64,000 bases of DNA from the NCBI GenBank assembly GCA_943704425.1, contig CALSCP010000945.1:1-64000 (forward strand). The letters are read 5' to 3'. Position 1 is the stretch's first letter. Every line of letters starts with the position of its first letter. This stretch comes from Ministeria vibrans ATCC 50519 (lineage: Eukaryota > Protista > Filasterea). Positions 1 through 14,300 of this stretch are shown one piece after another. The translations under genes and the position numbers were made by a program. A model generated the notes under the pieces. It was not told the DNA's origin and did no database searches. It saw nothing but the letters and a program-made list of their open reading frames with translations.

Positions 1-24
1 TTTTTTTTTTTTTTTTTTGCATAG

Positions 25-1479
25 TCTGTACGCAACGGCGGTTCGTCCATTCCCCATTCCCTCTCAGTGCTGACTGTCACACACGAAATTGGGCACAACT
101 TTGGCTCTCCGCACGACTCCACGGCTGAATGCACTCCGTCCGCTGCCAGCGGCGGCAAGTACGTCATGTACTCTTTCGCCACCAGTGGCAATGAGCCGAA
201 CAACGACGTATTTTCAGACTGCTCCATCGAAGTAATACGGCGTTATTTATTTTCACTTTTTATAATAATAATACGTCTTATAATACTAATAATATTAATA
301 TTATTACTATTATTATTTCATTATTATTTTATTGTTTATTAGAGCATCTGTGAAGTATTAAATGCGCGTGCGACATGCTTTACGGCCAATCCAGGGCAGG
401 TGTGCGGCAACACCGTGACGGAGTCGCCGGAGTCGTGTGACTGTGGTGTGCCTGTCGGTGGTTCCGCCAGCACTTGCTCGTCGTTTGACGCGTGTTGCGT
501 GCCCGGCTGTGACTTGGCGGTGGGCGCTCAGTGCAGTCCCAAGGCGGATGCGTGTTGCACCAGCACCGGCTGTGCTATTGCGTCTGCTGGCACCGAATGT
601 GCGCCTGCAACTGAGTGTCGTGAGGCAGCTGTCTGCTCCGGCAGCGACAAGTCATGTGCCGAGGGCACCGCACGTGCCAATGGTACTGGATGCGAGTGTG
701 GCTCGGCCAACGGCGGCGGGCTCTGTCCCATGGTGTGCGCCGCAGGCGTCTGCGGTGTGTCGCAGTGCGTCCACTCGCTTGGTCTGCAAGAGTGCACCTG
801 TGACGCGGGCGCCAACGCCTGTAAACTGTGCTGTCTCTCGGGCGGCGGTGTGTGCCAGCCCTTTGATGAGCTCGGTGGTAGCTCTACAGTGTGGCGTGCG
901 CCCAGTGAGACGTGTTCCGGTTCGAACGACCGTACCGGCTACTGCTCTGACTCGACCACAGCACCCACATGCAATGTGCCTAACTCGCAGGAGCTGCTTG
1001 ACAGTCTGGTGTCTTTTCTGAGTGCCGTCACCGACTGGATCCAAGATAACTGGTGGTGGGTCCTCCTTGCCGTTCTGGGCATCATTTTGGGCATTGTGCT
1101 CCTGCGTTTCTTCTGTCGTCAGCGCGACGAGCGTCGCGAGTACGAAAAGCGTCGTCGTCGCGCACTCAAGCGTCACCGCAAGCGCGGTCATCACGTACCC
1201 GACGAAGCTCTTGCCGAGTCAATCCCCATGACTAACGTGCGTCCCTTCTCGGCGTCGTCGACCATGAGCGCCTCGCAGACGCCTGTCATCCTTTCGCCCA
1301 AGAGCACACGGACCGCCAGCCGATCGCGTGCCTCCATGTCCTCCCTCTCCAAAGCCTTTCCACTCCTACCCAAGGAAACCCTCGAGCAGGCCCTTATTGC
1401 TGCCGACGGCAACGCCAACGCAGCCTATCAGGACCTTGTCTCCTCCGGCTTCTCGCCCTCCATGGAAATTCGTGTTTAA
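25..1479 (+). CDS. ADAM10/17-like membrane metalloprotease, 5' partial (metalloprotease end, disintegrin, Cys-rich, TM, cytoplasmic tail with CUE-like domain)
   Basis: Zinc motif HEIGHNFGSPHD with Met-turn GKYVMY; disintegrin start CGNTVTESPESCDCG; TM WWWVLLAVLGIILGIVLL; GT-AG intron 232-342 joins the two ORFs in frame. Confidence 0.9.
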
Positions 1480-1717
1480 AATAAATAAAAACTTACTCTG
1501 TACACAAAAGCTCTTTCGGTTGGTTTACCCTTCACAATGATACACAGCTGCGAGTGGGTCTTAAAGTCGAGGGCCGAGTCAAAAAAAAACTATTGAAAAC
1601 ACTCTTGTCAAAGACTTGTATACACACAGTATCCTCCCCTCCCAAAAAAAAAAAAAAAAGATCGGAAGTATCGGAAAACAGCAGATAGTATCAGTTCAAT
1701 GATGATGAACATATCAG

Positions 1718-3983
1718 TTAAAGACTGGATTTGATGAGGGGCGCAATAGACTCGATGTAGCCCGGAGCCACCTGAGAGCGGTTGAGAGGAGATTGCTGGG
1801 CCCAGTCGTAGAGGGTCTCGTAGACACGGCCGTCGGAGCGACCGAGCGCCGAGTTGAGATAGTAGTCGGTGAGGTCAAAGGCATCGACAAGGGCAACGGC
1901 GTCGGGGCGGACAGTGGCGACAGCAGAACGCACTGCAGCGTGAATCAGCTCGGCCTGAGTTGGAGTGGCAAAGTGCGAGAGAACCAGATCACCAAGGGCG
2001 CCCTCGAGCACACTGACGCCGTAGAGTACACATAGATGCCGCAGCACGGTGAGTACAGGGGGAGGCAGTGCGCGTGAAGCACTTGCCGTGAGAGTATCAT
2101 GGAAAAAGGTGAGCACAAGCAGGCGAGAGTGGGCCTTGGTGATGCGCACCATGTCCACCTTGACTTTTTCCTGTGCCTCCTCCAGCGACACTCCTCCTTG
2201 CTGCATCTCCTGCTTGAGACGCGCAGCGGCACCGTTCACCAAATACGCACTAATGCATTGAAATGCTGCGCGAGCAACGAATGTCTCAGAAATGGTTCAA
2301 TATGCATTGGTTAAGCTTTACCTTCCAAGAGCACAGCGGGATTAAGCCAGTCCTGCACAGACCGAACAGCACAGGGTTTGGATGGGTGCGATGTAAGGTA
2401 CGCCAGAGTGCCCTTGAGCGGCTGTCGACTGCTCACTGCTTTGAGGAGAAAACGTGCAGTCTGGAAACACTGTATAGGCACAACAAAACAAAACGCCATC
2501 AATTAATTAATTTTAATTCTTGAATGATTGTCTTGCTCCCACTCTATATATATGATGTGAATCGTTTTTTTTTTTGGTACCATGACGGTGTTGTCACCCT
2601 CGTAGGTAGTTGCGGGGGCATAGTCGACGTAGAGGGTTGGCAGGCCCGAATAGGCGCTGTAGCCGTGGCCGCCACACGCCTGGCGACACGCGTCAATGGC
2701 GCCAATGGCATCCCAGGTGGTGAGCGCCTTAAGACCCGCACTGGCTGCGTGCAGTTCGGGGAGCATGGCAAAGTTGGGGGTGGGCTTGTCGAGCTCGGCC
2801 GAGAAGCGACGGTAAAGAGTCATGAGGTGTTTGCCGGCGAAGGTGAAAGCGTAGCTGGTGGCGACCAGGGGCATGAGGGTGTGCAGCTGTGTCTGGTAGT
2901 TGAGGATGGGCTGCTCGGGCTCGCCATCACGCACCGAAAACTGTGCACGCACTGCCGAGTAGCGCACCGCAATGGTGGTTGCCTTTGCAATCTTGAGGCC
3001 CGAGTCGTTGACAATGTGCGCACGCACATACACCATTGTGGCATACGTGACCTTGGGATGGGTGTTGGGCGTACGCGTGTACCGCCCATCCGGGTGCACC
3101 TGCGAAAAGCGCATGAGCATGTGCTCACGAGGGATGCGCACGCGGTCCAGGCGCAAGAAGCCATTGTCCATGGGATTGTAGCCGAGCTTGGGCCCAATGT
3201 CGCCGACGGTGATGCCGCGCAGGGGCTGGTGGTCGTCGAGACTGCGCAGCTGCACAATGAACGCGTGGACGCCGTGGCACTGGCCGCGTGTGTGAAGCTG
3301 TGCCATGACCACCGCGTGTGTCGATGTTTTTCCCACTAAGAAGGAGAGAAGAGTCAAGTCAGGCTGGGAGTGTGAGCACGGCTGAGTGGCGTACGGCCTC
3401 CAGGCCACCATTTGGTGGAGGTGAGTGTTGGCGAAGTAAGAACAAACTCGCGCGTGGACGCGTCGTAGTCTGCGCGTGTCTCTAGCCCGCGCACATAGCT
3501 GCCGTGGCCCATTTCCGTCTGCGCATACGTCCCAATGATTCTGCTCGAGAGGAATGGAAAATGAATGAAAACCCCCCACAGGAACGCCTCAAGGCCTTAC
3601 CTGTACGACTGGGCGCCCATGGTGTTCAGCCAGTACTCCTGCTGCTCGGGCGACCCCTGTCCGCGGATGGTCGGCGTGAACATGCCGTCGTGCAGACCAA
3701 AGGGCAGGTCCGTGTCCAGCTCCTTGCGCACCACCGCCTTGTCCGCCACGTCGGGCAGGTGCCGCGACAGCTCCACGATGTGTGCCGACTGCTCCACCGC
3801 TAGCTTGTATTGTTCCATACGAGTCGCATGGCGGCGTCGGCGGCGACAGAAGATCGGATCGTTTGCAACGAGCCGCTTGAGCTCGCGCACTCGCGCCAGC
3901 CGTTGCGGGCCGTCAAAGAGAAATTCCGTCAGCGCTTCGACGGGAAAGGTTGCACGAGAGCGTTCTTCAACAAGCTGAGACAT
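1718..3983 (-). CDS. ACOX1: Peroxisomal acyl-CoA oxidase (5 exons)
   Basis: Motifs [72 protein letters not shown]; PTS1-like C-terminal SSL; four GT-AG introns. Confidence 0.93.
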
Positions 3984-4276
3984 TGTACGAAGAGATGACG
4001 GGACAAGTATTGAAATCACTGACTTGACACTCACTTGAGACTTCTATTTACTGAGTGATCAAGGAAAAAAACGTCAACTAAGCAGGATCCAAAAGCAAGA
4101 GAGCACGCAAAAGAGCACGCAAGAGAACAAGCAAGAGAGAATAAGAGAGAGAGAGATACAACATGAAACAATGAACAATTATTAGTAAGTTTAACGCAGT
4201 AGTGTACAGATGGTTTATTAAGATGAGAATGTGTGTGTGTGTGTGTGTGTGTGAACGTGGGTGATGGGTTTGCCTC

Positions 4277-4895
4277 TTAGGATGCTTGAGGCTTGAGAGG
4301 AAGGTTCGCAGGCACGTCGGGAAGGTCGGGACGAACAGGACGGGTGCTTTCGGCGTTCATACGCGTCATCGCAATACCTGCAAGAAGAGAGAAGAGTTAA
4401 AAACAAGACAGCTTTGGGGCAAATTAGTACCAAGTCCCTCAATGAGAGCCAAGATGGCACCGCCCAGAAGCGCCGAGCGGAAGGACGCGGCCAACCCCGC
4501 ACGCGCTGCTAATGTCCCGCCAGTCAAGGCGCCCGACGTGATTGCGTTCCACGGGTCCTCCTTCAGGCGCGACATGAGATCAACACGCCACACAATACAG
4601 TTCATATTCATCAATGGATACCTTTTGACGCAGCGCTGAAAGAGAGCACTCGAATGTAGAAAAGAGACCACCCCAGGTGGCAAAGCTACCGCCAAGCACG
4701 GGCGCGCGGCGCTTCACAGCGGTGAGTGTGCCGAGGAATCGGTGGCCTGCCAACGGAGCACAGCAAAGGAGGGTTAGCGAGAGGCCTGCAGCACACGGCG
4801 GCGCGTGCACGCCACCACACGGCATCGTCCGCGATGCGTGCGCACCCAATGGTGCCATTTCAACATGCAAGAGAGAGCGAAAAGTCGCACTCGCG

Positions 4896-4927
<32 letters not shown>

Positions 4928-5313
4928 GCGACACTTTTGCGTGTTCTCTTGCTGTACCTGCTGGTGAGTTTCTGTAGCCTTTGTAGGTGCTGCCGACTGT
5001 GCCGAATATGAGGCCCATGGAGAAGGCGCCGCCAAAGTCGTCGAGAATGCGCCAGGGGCTGTGGAAGAGAGGGGGACAAGGAGCGCAGGTGAGTATGACT
5101 CGTCCGCATGTGTCAGACGCTGGTGCGGCCCGCACGCACTGCCGTTGCCGCCCACACCCCCGCGCGCGGGGGGATCATGCACCCCGTGCGGAGGAGCAAG
5201 GCAGACAGGGCGCCGAGCATGTCGTTTGAAGTCGAGTGGGAATGGCAAAAAAAAGAGCATTGGCCATGGCTCAGGACGTACCAGGGGTCACGAGCGTATT
5301 CTGCGCCTTCCAT
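4277..5313 (-). CDS. TIM17: Mitochondrial inner membrane translocase Tim17 (5 exons)
   Basis: Spliced product [26 protein letters not shown]...[35 protein letters not shown]...[12 protein letters not shown]. Confidence 0.93.
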
Positions 5314-5531
5314 AGTGTAGCTGCTGGATTACGGTCTATTTAGAGGGTTGATGTCAAATGAAGTGTATGTAGAAATTGCAGATTGTAGAGTGTAGGATGA
5401 TCAATCAAAAGGTTCAGCTCAAATCACTCGACTCATCACTCAGCAGAGTCTGCAGTCATCAACTTTTTTTATCAGTTCTTAACCCTTCCATTATTTCCAT
5501 ACCCCCGACCAGTGACTCGTGAGTGTCCACC

Positions 5532-7260
<1,729 letters not shown>

Positions 7261-7685
7261 CCCCATCTTATCTCTTTTGTATATAAGAATATTACACTGA
7301 TCTTTACTCTTCTCGCTGTGAGCAGACGTTGTCACTACTGTGGTTGGTCGTGTGGTCCAATCCAGTAATTGTGACGTGCTGAGTTTTAACGTGTATGAAG
7401 TATTTCCATCTAAGGGTTTTGGGAATTGCCAATCAGCATTAGACTCGTTGACGAAATAACATAAATCGAATTAATAACGAATATAATTATTATAATAATA
7501 ATAATAATAATAATAAAATTTATTATATATTTTTATTATTATTAATTTAATTTTTAATATTAATATTATTATTCTTTTTTAGCTACGGCCAACAGATTTT
7601 CTCCTTGCCCTTTCACCCTTCACCTTTGCCTCCCCTTTTCTTCTCCCTGTCGATTTCTATCTCTCCCATTTTGACCGTTTTTGCA

Positions 7686-10433
7686 ATGGAGTTCTCCGAC
7701 AGATTCAAAATGTCGCCCGACCTTTGCGCCTTCTCGCCAGGTATGCGTTTTCCCTGCTCCACACAGTGTTGCACACATTGCTGTCCACCCTCTGCTATAA
7801 GAAAAACTCTTAAAGCTTCAATTAAACACTCAACTACGAACACCTCAAAATTCAAAATTCGCGGTCGACTTTACAACGCTCGTTTTGCGTCTGCTGCATC
7901 GCCATACGCACTGGCATCTGTCCCCCTCGGTGTTTACAGTTGTCTTACACCCGTGCCAATGCCACTCGCACCTACAGGTGCGAGTCAAAGTGCCGAATTT
8001 GAGACGACCTGTCAAACAAGAAACGTTTCCAACTGTCAAACTTGAAATCCTCTCTGAAACAACTCATGCAAACACACATACCCTGCTGATCTGGGCAGTA
8101 TCACACTCCAAACCTCGCCGCAGCCAACCCCGACACGATATCATTATTCACTCATTTCCCATTTTGCACACTACCGGTCGACGACCACCGTTCCATTTCA
8201 TACTCACCGACTTACCTGCCCACTATTCAACCTTTTTTATCATCATCCTGTGAATCTGTAGTTTCAAAAGGGATTTCATTTTTCGTGATTAATTCCCTCT
8301 TGAATTGAAAACTTGGAAAAATAATCAACCAAAATTCAAATAAATCTTCATTCCTCCACCTGTAGATGGCGTCTTTGTTGCATCGGCGTCGCAGAACCGC
8401 CTTTGCATTCGCAATGTTGCCTCGCTGCAGATTGAGCGCATTTGCACGTGTCTCGATGTGATCAGCGCTGTCTCGTGGAGTGCCGACAGCGCCTTCGTCA
8501 TGTGTCCACAGTACAAGCGTGCCATCGTACAGGTGCGTCCGCGCATCCCCATCCCCTGCTCGCCCCTTCCCACTCTCACACCATCGCTATGCAAATGGTC
8601 TTTTTTTTTTTTCATAGGTCTTTTCGTTGGATGAACCAGAGTGGAACTGCAAAATCGACGAAGGCGCCGCCGGTCTTACCGCCGCCATCTGGTCTCCAAA
8701 TGGTCGTAACATCCTCACCACTGCCGAATTTCAGGTTCGTAGTCAATCTGAGTGTTACTCGTGCGATCTTTTTTTCTTTTTTTTTCTTTAATGGTCTCTG
8801 AAAACCGGTTCGCTTTCCTTGTCTCCGAACTAACGTTTGGAAGCGTCTGATGGTGCGTTCTGCACTATCTCCTGTCGCTCTTGGCGCGTGGAATGTTGTT
8901 GACTTTCAATTGGGACCTAAATCGTTGTGATAAGATTAGGCGTCTACATCGTTTATATATACCGTCGATTGTTGACACTGTCCGCTTCTCCGACATCCCT
9001 CTTCTCATTTGCCTTCTTTCTACTCTCTCATGTAGCTCCGCATTACCATCTGGTCGCTTGTCGACAAGTCCGTTGCATACATCAAATACCCCAAATACTC
9101 TCAAGCAGGTAACATCAATCACAACGATTATAATGATGTTAATATTTGTCTTATGATTTGTAGGAATCGCTTTTACACACAATGGGTCGTACCTTGCAGT
9201 GGCAGAACGACGCAACGGACACGACTTTGTCGGCGTGTACGACACACAGACATGGGAAATGGTCAAAGTATGTTGTTTTCGACGTATCCTTCTTTTGCAA
9301 GTGTTCACTCTCCGTTTTGGCATGTAGCGTTTTGAAGTGGATACGCAGGATCTGGCAAACGTTTCCTTTTCGCCTGACGACCGTGTACTCTGTGTGTGGG
9401 ACTCCTCGGTTGATGTAAGAGCACACATAACACACAAAAAGAGGAATGAACATCGACTCATTTCTCATGTTGTTTCGTTATTATTGTGTAGTTCAAAGTG
9501 AGTCTGTACGGACTGGACGGTCATCGCTTAGGCGGGTTGGAGACACCGTATTCACATGCGCTCGGGATCAAGTCAGTATCATGGGCGCCGTCAGGACGAC
9601 TGCTGGCGGTGGGCTCTTACGATCAGCACTGCCGACTGCTGAACAATGTGACGTGGAGTGTGGTGATGGAGTTGGCCCACACGACGCGTGTGGCGGCGCC
9701 CGGTGTTGTCGTGTACGAGGAAACATATGATCCGGAGGAGGAGGAGCAAGGCGGCGAGAATGCCATCACTTCAAATGGTTTAACTGAAAGTGCACGTACA
9801 GACTGTGAGGAGGTGGCCACGCCTGCCTGTGCACACTATGCGGTGCGTCCACTGCCCTTTACTGTGCCGGGTGAGGACGAGTCGCGCAGCAAAAAGAGTC
9901 TTTTGAGCAAGAGCAAGGAGGCTGCGGGCGCACCGCGTATCGGAGTCGGTCTCTGCGTGTTCAGCAGCAACAGCCGTTTGTTGGCAACGCGCAACGACAA
10001 TATGTCGCGTGTCGTCTGGGTGTGGGATGTCAGTCGTCTGGCTCTGGTCGCTGTTCTTGTCCACACCACTCCCGTGCGTTCTATTTCCTGGCAGCCTCGC
10101 AGCGACGTCACTGCCCTCGAACCCGACCGTCTCATCATTGCCACCGGCACCACCGCCCTTCACATGTGGTCGCCTAACGGTTGCACCATTGTCGACGTCC
10201 CTTCAGTGCCTACCGCCACCGACAAGTCCAAGTCAGTCGCTGGCACCGTCTCCACCGTCCGTTGGCACCCCGACGGCTCTGCCTTCGCCTGCCTCGATCG
10301 CTCCTCCTTTTGCATTGGCTTCTTCGACGATCAAGAAGACACAAATGAGCACCAAGACAACCTCTCCAGTGTCGAAAGTTCTTCTCTTCTAGCCGAGCAC
10401 GACCAAATGTGTGAAATTAAAATTGCGACATAA
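7686..10433 (+). CDS. WRAP73: WD40 centriolar/ciliary protein WRAP73 (WDR8), 7 exons
   Basis: Spliced [75 protein letters not shown]; six GT-AG introns in frame. Confidence 0.88.
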
Positions 10434-10537
10434 AAAAACATGAAATTATTTTAAATTATTACTGAGATCATATTCGATCATTTTTTATTTTATTTTTTAC
10501 AAAAAAAAATATTATTATTAATTAATATCATTTTACC

Positions 10538-11325
10538 ATGGCACACTACTTACCAGCAGGATGGGAGGTGAGCCCTTACCTCTTCTGTTTCTTTTTTTTT
10601 TCCCTATCTTTTCGTCCTCGACCCAAAAAAGACTACTCGTCCTCGCACTTCCTCTGGGCGCAGTCGCTCAATCACCCATCGTCGTCCTTCCCCCTTCTCC
10701 ATGCGACTTTCACCTCCCTTTTCTCCATTTCACCGGCCGCCTTGCTCTCGTTCCGTAGGTTCGTCTCGATCAATCGTCCGGCCGACATTTCTACGTCGAC
10801 CACAATACGCGCACGACTCACTGGGACCCTCCCGTCCCTGCTGCCTCCCACCACCACCACCACCGCCACCATCCGCAGCAACACGAGCCAACGCAGCATC
10901 CGTCTCAACGTCCGCCACAGCCGCAGCAGCCACCATTGGTTCCCGAACCGACTCAAAACGCAACGTCCGCTGCTTCTGCGTCGACCTCCGCTGCCCCGTC
11001 GCCTGCCGATGAGGTTGCACAAGCACTGAGCAAGGTAGACGCCATTGGTCAGAAGGCGACGGCGGCCCATCAGCGTCTCCAGGCGCTGGCATCGACAGCG
11101 CCTGCCGCAGCAACAGACGCAAGCGCCGCCGCCGCCTTTGCCGAGACCAATCGACGCGCCATTCTCGAAATCGAAGAAAATCTCACGGTGGCGCTGCTCT
11201 CCCTTGATGCAATCGAATCGGGCGGACACGATCAAGTGAGATCAGCGCGCAAGAGCGCCGTCCTCTCAGTCAATGCGATGGTCACTGATGTGGACAATCT
11301 CAAGCAACGTTTGGCATTTTCATGA
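10538..11325 (+). CDS. WW-domain + BAG-domain co-chaperone (BAG3-like architecture), 2 exons
   Basis: Spliced WW domain LPAGWE|VRLDQSSGRHFYVDHNTRTTHWDPP; C-terminal BAG helices EENLTVALLSLDAIESGGHDQVRSARKSAV. Confidence 0.85.
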
Positions 11326-11430
11326 GTTGGATTGTCCACCATCACATACAACTTAAAAATACCACACCTCTTGTATATTATATCATACAGTCTCGTGAAA
11401 CTTGACAGCAATAAATAATAATTAATTTTG

Positions 11431-12812
11431 TTATTTTATCAGCTTCTTGTTGCTCATCCTTCGGCGTCCATGCATCGACTCACTTGTCACCTGCGTCGCC
11501 TCTGCCACAGCGCCCTTCTAAAATAGAAAAGAATATAATTATTAAATATAATTGATAAGTATACAATAAATAAAGATGATAGGATTGTTGTGGTGGTGGT
11601 GGTGGAGTCGTACACGTTGACGGGGCTCGCCTGTTCGCCAGGCGGACCAGGCAAAGCCCGTGGGGAGCACACCGGCACGCAGGAAGCGCAGTGCTCGTTG
11701 CATGCCACGGCTCTTGAGAACTGTGTGGTCCGTGGCAGCGAGTGTCGTAAAGGGCTTTCGCGTCTCGTCGAGCACGGTACAACTGCTAAGGGGCACCGTT
11801 GCGTAACTAAGATCCTCAAAGAAGCGCACAACAGCCGACGCAGGGTTATCGCACTCGGGCATGCTCGCATCGACTTCCTCGCAAGGTACAAGCATCCCGG
11901 GCCACAGGTCCCCACCTGCACTGACATTTGTCGTCCCGCTGCTCACCCGCGCATCTACCACCACCACCCGCTGTCGCATAGCCTCCAGTCGCCGCTTGTC
12001 CGTCCCCAACCGAAGCAAACCTCCTCGCTCATTCTGACGTTGTCTATCCCGCTCCTGCTCCCGCTCCCTCTCCTCCTTCTTCTCTCGCTTCACCCGCTTC
12101 TTCCTCTCCTCCTCCCCTTCACTCTCTCCTTCCAGCATCTTCCGCTTGCGCCCCCTTCGCTCTACCTTCTTCCGTCGCTTTCCAAACTCCACCACAGGCC
12201 CCGCTACACCAACAGCATCGTCACCGTTGACAACACACAGTTCATCACTCGACCGTCGCAAATACGTCCCACCAGCACTTTCTCGCGCGCGCGAGCTCTG
12301 ACGTCTTTCGCGCTTGCTCACCCGTGACGACGACGAGCTCACCGCAAACATTCGCGTGGTGGTTGTCGTCGTGGTGGTCGTCGTGGTCGTCGTTGTCGTC
12401 ATCAGAAGTACTCCCTTCTTCTTCTTCTCCATCTTCGCCTCCTTCTTCTTTCGCTTAGCCTCTGCCGCCGCCTCTGCCCGCCTCTGTTTTTCCTCTTCAC
12501 TCAGGCGCGGCCGTCCCCTCCCTCTTTTCACCACAACCAATGGCATATCATCCAGATCGTCCTCTTCTTCTTCTTCTTCGTCTTCTGCTTCGTCTTCTGC
12601 TTCGTCTTCTGCTTCGTCTTCTGCTTCGTCTTCTTCCTCCTCTTCGTCTTCATCCTCGTCTACAAGTCCACCCAGCAGCAACGCCGCAACGGGCGATGGC
12701 ACACGCGACACGGGAGTCGATAGCGAGTCCCCTGCCGCGTACCGTCGTGGTCGTCGAAACGAATACGACTCTTCGCCGTCGTCTACGTTGTTGTTGTCGT
12801 CGTCATCATCAA

Positions 12813-12866
<54 letters not shown>

Positions 12867-13710
12867 TATCGTCATCATTATCATCATCTTCTTTTCCTTC
12901 CCCATCCTCACCTTCATCATTGTCTTCCGCGCCACTTTCGCTCTCATTTACTCCCCTCCGTCTCGTCTGCTTCTTCTTTTTCTTCTTGCCCCTATGGGCC
13001 TTTGCATAGGCACCCTCTCCACGCTCCTCACACGACCGACACAGACACGCCTCATTCTTGGGTCCAAAAAACGACGAGCCATAGTAGCAAGTGATCTCAT
13101 CGCCAGGCGCCAAATCGCGCACGGCCACCACCACAGCAGAGGTGCGGCCGGTCGACACAAACTTACACGACGGTCGGCAGTCGTGGTTCAGGTAGGCAGC
13201 GGGTCCCAGCCACAGCTGCGCACAGTCCTTGCGTACGCTGTACATCACACTATACCAAAGAAAAGAGACATATTTTCAGACGACGCTGCAACTGTCTGTC
13301 TGTCTGTCTGTCTGTCTCCCTTTCCACTCACCTAAAGTCATTCTTGCCCGGCACAAGTGCCAGACTCTCTTCGTCGCGTGGAATCTCCGCAATAGTGCCC
13401 ACAAGCTTGGCAACCTTCTCTCCACGACTCCATGCTCGAGTTGTCACAACCTATGGTACAAGGAAAGAGAGAGAAAGAGGGAGAGAGAGAGACAGAGAGA
13501 GAAACAAAGTGATAGACATTCAATTGGCAAATCCATCATAGTATATCAATCGCAACTCACTTGAGCTTCGTTGCGCTCGCTCGTCGAGTACCGCTCACTT
13601 CGACAGATCGCAATACCAGAGTCCCGCGAAAACACGTCAAGGTACCGCATCATGTGTGCCTTGAGCTGATCAGGACATTTCTAGACGCAACACAACGATT
13701 TAAAAAAATT

Positions 13711-13744
<34 letters not shown>

Positions 13745-14143
13745 ACACACGATGAACGGACAAATGTGGGCTCCCTGGTGCAATGGGTGTCGCGAGTGGA
13801 CACGATGGAGGCGTAGGGCGGACATGTGGCGGGCTTGGACGGCGTACCTTGTACAGCAACTGGAGATATTCGCAACTTCGGAGGATTTGCGCAAAAGCTT
13901 GTGCGACGGAAATGCTTCCCGATTGCAGACGTCTGACGGCACTACGCACCACGTTGTCGCGCACCGACCTTGGCCGTCGATAGTGGACCGCCATCTTGTG
14001 CGTCGTAAACCGCAACACCGTGTCCAGAATGCAACCTGAGAGCGAATGGTGAGCGGCCCAAGATCCCCTTCGTGTTTTCGTTTCGCTGTACCTGTCCCAG
14101 CATCATCGCAATCCGACAACTCTCTCCACGTGTATTCCACCAT
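11431..14143 (-). CDS. SUV4-20/Set9 (KMT5B/C-like) histone H4K20 methyltransferase with AT-hook and C-terminal PWWP-like domain, 6 exons
   Basis: [20 protein letters not shown]-terminal motif; [50 protein letters not shown]; KRGRGRPR; [10 protein letters not shown]...VVRFFED. Confidence 0.9.
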
Positions 14144-14300
14144 TACCCGTCTTCAATACTCAAGACTGTCGCCTCGCTGTGAAGACAAAAGAACGAATTG
14201 GCATTTGGCAACCGGCAACGCGGAAGGATCAGGTTTGTTTTTTGTCTACGAGTAGGTAATGACTAATCTGACTAATGATAAAATTCATTTTTTTTTCTTC
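14144..14300. promoter_or_regulatory. Putative bidirectional promoter between the SUV4-20 gene and FANCM
   Basis: Divergent start codons only 157 nt apart. Confidence 0.55.

Noticed and set aside
7470-7582. AT-rich tract ending in TTTTTTAG upstream of WRAP73, as a possible trans-splice acceptor
   Set aside because: Comparable AT-rich tracts before other genes (for example 10470-10537) have no AG, so there is no consistent outron signal.
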